DNA of 64,000 bases from a virus. Positions 58,797 through 64,000 of the stretch are shown here, in pieces. The first letter of the stretch is position 1; each line of letters opens with the position of its first letter. A model generated the notes under the pieces. That model did no database searches. It was not told where the DNA came from and saw only the letters and a program-made list of their open reading frames with translations. Both the position numbers and the translations under genes were made by a program. The stretch spans positions 1,721 to 65,720 of IMG/VR virus record IMGVR_UViG_3300018050_000401; one strand, given 5' to 3'.

Positions 58797-60032
58797 ATGC
58801 ATCCTTTTACAGGACTAGCAACTAGAGAAGATGGGGCTATCAAAGCCTGCTGTCGTAGCCATCCTGTTGGGTTTATTGATAAAGAAAGTTTGGAAGAAAT
58901 TTGGAACAACGACACTATGAAGCGTATTCGTCAACAAGTGTTGAACAATGAAAGACCTCCGGAGTGTGAACCTTGTTTTAATTTAGAAGATCAAGGAGTA
59001 GTGAGTTTACGACAACGTCACGTAGAGGCACGTATACCAGAGGCACGTATTAATCTATACCCAACTGCGTTGAACAACCTTAACAGTGATTATTCAATGC
59101 CTTTTGAAATTCCAACAATGGAGTTAAAGTTAAACAACTTGTGTAATTTGAAATGTCGTATGTGCCACCCCGGAGACAGCACTAGCTGGAATGATTGGGA
59201 TCAAGTAGAAGATTTCTATAAAAAAGATAACAACATTATATTTCATTTAGTTGAAGATAATAATTTAAAAAACAAACCGTTCCTTGATAAGTTTCAAGAT
59301 AACCCAGCATGGTGGACAAGTTTAGAAAAACTGTTACCATATTTTCGTCGTGTAGAATTTGCCGGAGGAGAACCTCTGATGGATCCCCAACACTATCGTA
59401 TTTTAGATATGCTAAGTCCTTACGGCAATCAGATTGAAATCAAGTATGCTACTAACCTAAGTATGTTAGGAAAGAGCAATAGAACAATTTGGGAGTACTG
59501 GCCTAAATTTAAATCTGTTGCAGTTAACATAAGTATTGATGGAATTGATGAAAGCTACGAATATATTCGAGGCAACGCCAGTTGGACAGAGTTGATTGAT
59601 AATATTAAAAAGATACAAACTATTCCTAACATAAGCAGAATTGTTGGTGCGGTTACTGTACAAGTTAGTAATGTTCTTGTGCTAGATAAAATTATCAAAT
59701 ATTTCTTAGATGATATTGGCATTGTTTTTCATTCGCATAGGGTAGAGTTTCCAAGAGAATTATCTGCTCAAGTGTTGCCACCAAAATTAACAGCGTTGGC
59801 CATACAGCGATTGCAGGAAGTCAGTTACCATGTTAAAGATTTTAAAATGGTCAAACAACATCCTCAACTTTTAAAATACACCTTGGATCAGATACAAGAC
59901 AACATTAACTATCTACAAGCAAGGGATCAAAGTCATAGATGGAGCGATTGTGTAGAATTTAATCGTAGGCTAGATCAAACTCGAAATCAAAGTTTTACCA
60001 ATGTAACTCCGGAGTTTAAATCGTATGTTTAA
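58797..60032 (+). CDS. Radical SAM enzyme with N-terminal Cys-rich domain (third paralog), about 411-420 aa
   Basis: KLNNLCNLKCRMCHPGDSTSW, FAGGEPLM. N-terminal CC...CxxC. The ORF is open from 58668 and overlaps the upstream gene. ATG 58797 or an upstream TTG 58770, which retains the first Cys, are possible starts. Confidence 0.7.
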   Translation: MHPFTGLATREDGAIKACCRSHPVGFIDKESLEEIWNNDTMKRIRQQVLNNERPPECEPCFNLEDQGVVSLRQRHVEARIPEARINLYPTALNNLNSDYSMPFEIPTMELKLNNLCNLKCRMCHPGDSTSWNDWDQVEDFYKKDNNIIFHLVEDNNLKNKPFLDKFQDNPAWWTSLEKLLPYFRRVEFAGGEPLMDPQHYRILDMLSPYGNQIEIKYATNLSMLGKSNRTIWEYWPKFKSVAVNISIDGIDESYEYIRGNASWTELIDNIKKIQTIPNISRIVGAVTVQVSNVLVLDKIIKYFLDDIGIVFHSHRVEFPRELSAQVLPPKLTALAIQRLQEVSYHVKDFKMVKQHPQLLKYTLDQIQDNINYLQARDQSHRWSDCVEFNRRLDQTRNQSFTNVTPEFKSYV

Positions 60033-60912
60033 AGTAACAAGTCGTTGGCCTCACCAAGATAGTATCAAGGTTGAATGGAATCTTGGCAAGAGATGTAATT
60101 ACGATTGTAGCTATTGCCCTTCAGTTATACATGACAATTCTAGCCCTCACACAGATATTGAAGTCTTAAAAAAGACCATAGACAAATTACAAACTTTAGG
60201 CAAGCCAATACGTTTAAGTTTTACAGGTGGGGAACCTTGTGTGCATCCTAAGTTCGACGAGCTTATAAAATACGCAAAGTACAAAGGAGTTGCATGGATT
60301 AGTGTAACAACTAACGGAACTAGACCTTATGAGTTTTATGCCAGTTTACCAATTGACCAATGTGTTGTTAGTATACATTTAGAATACGACTGGCGCCGTG
60401 TGTTCAATACTATAGAAAGTCTTGTTGATTTGACAAAAATAAAAGTATTAGCACAAATAATGGCCCATCATGATTATATGGATGCTGTGATGCAGTTACG
60501 TGCTCGATGCCTTCAAGCACAAATTCCAAACACTGTTAGGCGCATACGATGGACTGAAGGTGATCACGATTTATTTGATGATATGCGTTATCATCCAGAC
60601 GACCTTGCATGGATAAAAGAACAAGATGCTACTATTTCAGGAAACTGCGTAATTGACGATAAGGAAATTATTCATGCCAACGATGTTATTAAACTTCATT
60701 TGAATAAATTTAAAGATTGGAGTTGTAATGCTGGCATTGAAAGTTTAATGATTAACTGGGATGGTGAGGTACATCGTGCAACTTGTAGAGTTGGTGGTAG
60801 TCTAGGAAATATATACCAAGGAACTTTTACACCAACAGAAGATCCTATTATATGCACAAGAAACTTCTGTACATGTTCTTCGGATATTCCTATTACTAAA
60901 CTTTCTCCTTAG
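60025..60912 (+). CDS. Radical SAM enzyme with C-terminal SPASM-like domain (295 aa)
   Basis: LGKRCNYDCSYCPS, FTGGEPC, TTNGT. C-terminal KDWSCNAG...C...C..C.C cysteines. Paralog of 51936 and 60896. Confidence 0.75.
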   Translation: MFKVTSRWPHQDSIKVEWNLGKRCNYDCSYCPSVIHDNSSPHTDIEVLKKTIDKLQTLGKPIRLSFTGGEPCVHPKFDELIKYAKYKGVAWISVTTNGTRPYEFYASLPIDQCVVSIHLEYDWRRVFNTIESLVDLTKIKVLAQIMAHHDYMDAVMQLRARCLQAQIPNTVRRIRWTEGDHDLFDDMRYHPDDLAWIKEQDATISGNCVIDDKEIIHANDVIKLHLNKFKDWSCNAGIESLMINWDGEVHRATCRVGGSLGNIYQGTFTPTEDPIICTRNFCTCSSDIPITKLSP

Positions 60913-61906
60913 TTAAATTTACTTCGGTAACGCAGAGGCAATTAGCTTGATTACAGATTACCGACTTAATCTCTGGACAAAAGTTTTCTTTAAAATTAAT
61001 ATCGTATAAATTGTAGTGGTACTTTTCGCCATACAGCAGTTGTCCGCAAGTACCAGATACTGTTCCGTCAACATTAATAAACAACCTATCCACTCCAATG
61101 TTGCATGACCAACCTTTAAAATGATTCCAGTCATTTAGCATTGCTTCGTTGGACTGAAGTTTTCGTTTATTTCCGTCAACGAATGTTGCAGTTGGTTCTT
61201 TTTGATAGTAGTATGATTTAAATATATTTTTTAACAAATACAACCAGTTTCCTTTTCTAACTAGAGAATTTGTTTTGATAAATTCTGCTTGTTCGTCTGT
61301 ATAAGTAATTTTTCTTTTACTGTTATCTTCTAAACTTTGTAAATTGATTGCCCACGTATGTTTGCTAGTTTTTAATTGTTCGATGGCCTCGGTGCACTGA
61401 ATCCAGTAATCAGGATCCATCATAACTAGTCCTGTAACTACTATGTTGTTTTCATACAGCGCATCCGCAACAGATATGAAGTGATCTATGTTTGTTTCTT
61501 GTATGTGAAAACTCAGAACAACTTGATCAAAGTATTTTGAATTTTCCTTCCACCAATCTAATGTTCTTGATCCGTTGGATACAATCATTATTGAAACATT
61601 GTGATGTAATTTTAGTTTTGAACAAAACTCTGGAAGGTGCTTCCACAGCGTAGGTTCTCCGCCTAATAAGCTAATTTCAAACTTCTTCTTTCTTGAATGT
61701 TCTTTATAATAATCTAACAAGTGTATAAGATTATCGGATACTTTGATCCAATCTTCTTTGAATCGTTTTGTGCCGTCATTGCAACCATCAAAACAATAGT
61801 TACATTTATAATTGCATACATTTGAAACCATGTATGCAATATTAAGTATATCTCTATAATTGCTTACTAGTTTTATCGGTTCTGATAACATCAATGATTC
61901 GTCCAA
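60896..61906 (-). CDS. Radical SAM enzyme with C-terminal SPASM-like domain (336 aa)
   Basis: VSNVCNYKCNYCFDGC, LLGGEPT. C-terminal KGWSCNIG...C...C..C..C.C cysteines. Confidence 0.75.
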   Translation of the reverse strand: MDESLMLSEPIKLVSNYRDILNIAYMVSNVCNYKCNYCFDGCNDGTKRFKEDWIKVSDNLIHLLDYYKEHSRKKKFEISLLGGEPTLWKHLPEFCSKLKLHHNVSIMIVSNGSRTLDWWKENSKYFDQVVLSFHIQETNIDHFISVADALYENNIVVTGLVMMDPDYWIQCTEAIEQLKTSKHTWAINLQSLEDNSKRKITYTDEQAEFIKTNSLVRKGNWLYLLKNIFKSYYYQKEPTATFVDGNKRKLQSNEAMLNDWNHFKGWSCNIGVDRLFINVDGTVSGTCGQLLYGEKYHYNLYDINFKENFCPEIKSVICNQANCLCVTEVNLTKEKV

Positions 61907-62645
61907 TTAAATCCCATTCCCACCATTGCTCTCCAGCTCTATAGTTCTGTGGGTTAGCATGGTGATTGTTATGCCAACCGTCGCCCATACTAAAAATATT
62001 TGCTATCCAACTGTTAGTACTCAGGTCTCTAGTTTCGTAACTTCTATAACCGTGTACATGCCCAAGAACGTTAACAATGCCCACAAGTAAGATAGTTGCA
62101 CTCATAGGTATAGCATAGGCAAATAACACTAATATAGGGTTGATTAGAAATAACAAGAATATGTAAGCTATTAAAAGTTTAAAGTAATTGTCAAAGATAA
62201 ATTTATGTACAGGGTTTCGTAATAAATCTTTTACAAGAAATGGTGTTAGTTTATGCATCTTCCAACCGTAGCCTATCCAAACTTGTAGTCCTCGTAAGAT
62301 AGAAAACTTTCTGTTAATGTTTGGACTATGTGGATCATCATCTGTATCTGTCTTGGCATGATGTATTCTGTGTGTACTTACCCAGGACATAGTAGGCCCA
62401 ACTGTTGATATAACACTTATTAACGATAGTAGTGTTTCTGTTGTTTTGTTAACTTTAAAACTTCTATGTGTTAGCAGTCTATGTAGGGTGAGTACTTGAC
62501 TAATTGGTCCAACAAAAAACCACACTACTGACGAAATTAATAGTAGATAGTATTGGCCAGTTTGCATAATGTATGCAACTCCACATAAACTTAACAAATG
62601 ACCTATAGTCTGAAACACTCTAATTTTTAAATTTAGATTCATAGT
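61854..62645 (-). CDS. Membrane fatty-acid desaturase-family protein (about 263 aa)
   Basis: His boxes HRLLTHRSF, HRIHHAKTDTDDDPHSP, HNNHHANPQNYR. Multiple TM helices. Start chosen at the internal Met MNLNLK to limit overlap. Confidence 0.6.
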   Translation of the reverse strand, partial: TMNLNLKIRVFQTIGHLLSLCGVAYIMQTGQYYLLLISSVVWFFVGPISQVLTLHRLLTHRSFKVNKTTETLLSLISVISTVGPTMSWVSTHRIHHAKTDTDDDPHSPNINRKFSILRGLQVWIGYGWKMHKLTPFLVKDLLRNPVHKFIFDNYFKLLIAYIFLLFLINPILVLFAYAIPMSATILLVGIVNVLGHVHGYRSYETRDLSTNSWIANIFSMGDGWHNNHHANPQNYRAGEQWWEWDLIGRIIDVIRTDKTSKQL

Positions 62646-63259
62646 CCGGGCTCCAACTGCAACCACTCCTTGTGTGTAATTAATTTAGGTTTCCATTGTT
62701 CAGTAATAACACCTGAAACTTTTTCATGATAAACAAAATTTTGCCAGCACTTTTGTACATTCCAAGGAGCAGTTTGTATATAGCCACCTCCGTTAGTATA
62801 CGTTCCTTCGCTAGCAATCAACATGTGCTTAACAAATACTCTATCCCACCATCCTTTACTTTCTTTTTTATCTCTGTTTTGCATTGTAAGAATATAACCG
62901 TCAAAGTTATTTACTGCTTCTAATGCTTTCATTAAACTGTAAGTGACTCTAAACCCGTCAGTCATGTCTCTCGGCGTCATTCTAAATTCTGGAAATGTAA
63001 ACCCCCTGTGAACGATGTTTGCAACATTATGTGGATATCGTTCGTCGTGATATACACCCCCCATTACCATAGGTTTACCTGTACTTGTTTGGTATACAAC
63101 ACCAAAGCCTTTGTGCTTTTCAACAACAAGTTTGTCTTTAGTATAGTTTGCACCTAACCAATTTCCTTCAGCAAGTACAATGTCACGCACATCTTCAAAC
63201 TCTGAACAAGACTCATAGTAAATTTTAATGTGTGTGTTTGATAAATCGTACCTATCCAT
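62639..63259 (-). CDS. Hypothetical protein (206 aa)
   Basis: Long ORF within the accessory operon. No motif recognised. Confidence 0.45.
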   Translation of the reverse strand: MDRYDLSNTHIKIYYESCSEFEDVRDIVLAEGNWLGANYTKDKLVVEKHKGFGVVYQTSTGKPMVMGGVYHDERYPHNVANIVHRGFTFPEFRMTPRDMTDGFRVTYSLMKALEAVNNFDGYILTMQNRDKKESKGWWDRVFVKHMLIASEGTYTNGGGYIQTAPWNVQKCWQNFVYHEKVSGVITEQWKPKLITHKEWLQLEPGL

Positions 63260-63831
63260 TACTTGATTTTTCCTGTAATTATATCCAAATTTTCTTTTGA
63301 TATGTTAAATGCTGTTTTTGCTCTTTCAAGTGTAAAATCTGTTAGTTTAAACTCAAAAGAAATATTTGTAAATCTTGGGTTTCTTAACCAAAACTCTATA
63401 ACATCGATTACTTCATTGTAAGAAATTAAAACATCGCTGTTCACAGCATCTTCTAGCATCGAAACTTGTATGTGTAAAATTTTTGTACTTGGCAATAAGC
63501 TAAGTTCTTTACAACGATTAGCAAGATCAAACTTGTGTTTACTATAGTCCGATAATAGTTGATTATGGAACTCTCCTGCCACACTGCCAAGTACAATTTG
63601 TTTAATATTATGATTTACTGAATTCAAGAGTTCTAGCTGTGCTCTATCAACATTTGCGTTGTTAATAAATAAATCTGCATTGTTGATAATATCTACAATT
63701 GGTGTTAAATCGGCACGTAAGTCGTAACCAGTTTGTCGGCTTATTCCAACAACTTCCCAACCTGATGTTTGGAAATAATTGTATAGGGCTTTACCTAATC
63801 CTGTTGTATGACCAGTTATTACGCATTTCAT
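63259..63831 (-). CDS. NAD(P)-binding short-chain dehydrogenase/reductase-like protein
   Basis: N-terminal Rossmann motif VITGHTTGLGKAL (TGxxxGxG). Canonical YxxxK not evident, so classification is tentative. Confidence 0.45.
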   Translation of the reverse strand: MKCVITGHTTGLGKALYNYFQTSGWEVVGISRQTGYDLRADLTPIVDIINNADLFINNANVDRAQLELLNSVNHNIKQIVLGSVAGEFHNQLLSDYSKHKFDLANRCKELSLLPSTKILHIQVSMLEDAVNSDVLISYNEVIDVIEFWLRNPRFTNISFEFKLTDFTLERAKTAFNISKENLDIITGKIK

Positions 63832-64000
63832 AAAGTGTCTCAGCAATAGGATATTTACATAATTACTGTATGTCCAAAAAATTTCATAGCTTACTGTTCT
63901 CTATAAACGACTCTAATAACTTTAGGGGAACGGGCGCACATCGTATAGCTCACGTGCTACGCCAAGAAGGTTGGGATTGTGAAGTTGTGGACTTTGTTTT

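Noticed and set aside
60025-60912. Assigning one of the small rSAM ORFs as QueE
   Set aside because: All share generic CxxxCxxC, GGEP and TNG blocks and SPASM-like C-termini, which QueE lacks. No QueE-specific motifs could be confirmed by eye.

Overview
This window reads as part of a large tailed-phage genome, probably a T4-like or jumbo myovirus (a marine or cyanophage-like gene set). GC content is roughly 38-40 %, and genes are tightly packed, mostly on the minus strand from 1 to about 51.7 kb.

In order, the window contains:
- A lysis cassette with a GH19 endolysin, i-/o-spanin-like proteins and a holin-like protein.
- A lone plus-strand phoH flanked by bidirectional terminators.
- dCMP deaminase, an RFC-like clamp loader, a cytidylyltransferase, a GroES-like co-chaperonin, and a short ORF that looks like an internal fragment of DnaE.
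- A block of tail-fibre/structural genes, including a 4175-aa giant protein. Four of these proteins share a conserved N-terminal motif.
- HesB/IscA, Fe/Mn-SOD, UV-damage endonuclease, PTPS/QueD-like, MazG, BI-1/YccA, ATP-dependent DNA ligase, two ClpP paralogs plus an orphan ClpX zinc-finger protein, an SPFH lipoprotein with small envelope lipoproteins (one entericidin-like), a metallophosphoesterase and an IF-1 homolog.
- One atypically long tRNA-like gene.

The most unusual part is a roughly 12 kb accessory island (51.9-63.9 kb) arranged as divergent and convergent operons. It encodes six radical-SAM enzymes (three SPASM-type paralogs, a further SPASM-bearing one, and two with an N-terminal Cys-rich extension), and a seventh radical-SAM paralog lies about 15 kb away at 35.9 kb. 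The island also encodes two membrane di-iron desaturase/hydroxylase-family proteins, an Asp/Asn beta-hydroxylase-like cupin, a SAM-methyltransferase-like protein, an SGNH-like hydrolase, a PP-loop (QueC-like) ATPase and an SDR-like protein. Together these look like an undescribed phage-borne modification or biosynthesis system.

Several sigma70-like early promoters, one T4-type late-promoter-like motif and four rho-independent terminators are visible. All functional calls are inferred from motifs read directly in the translations; no database searches were run.
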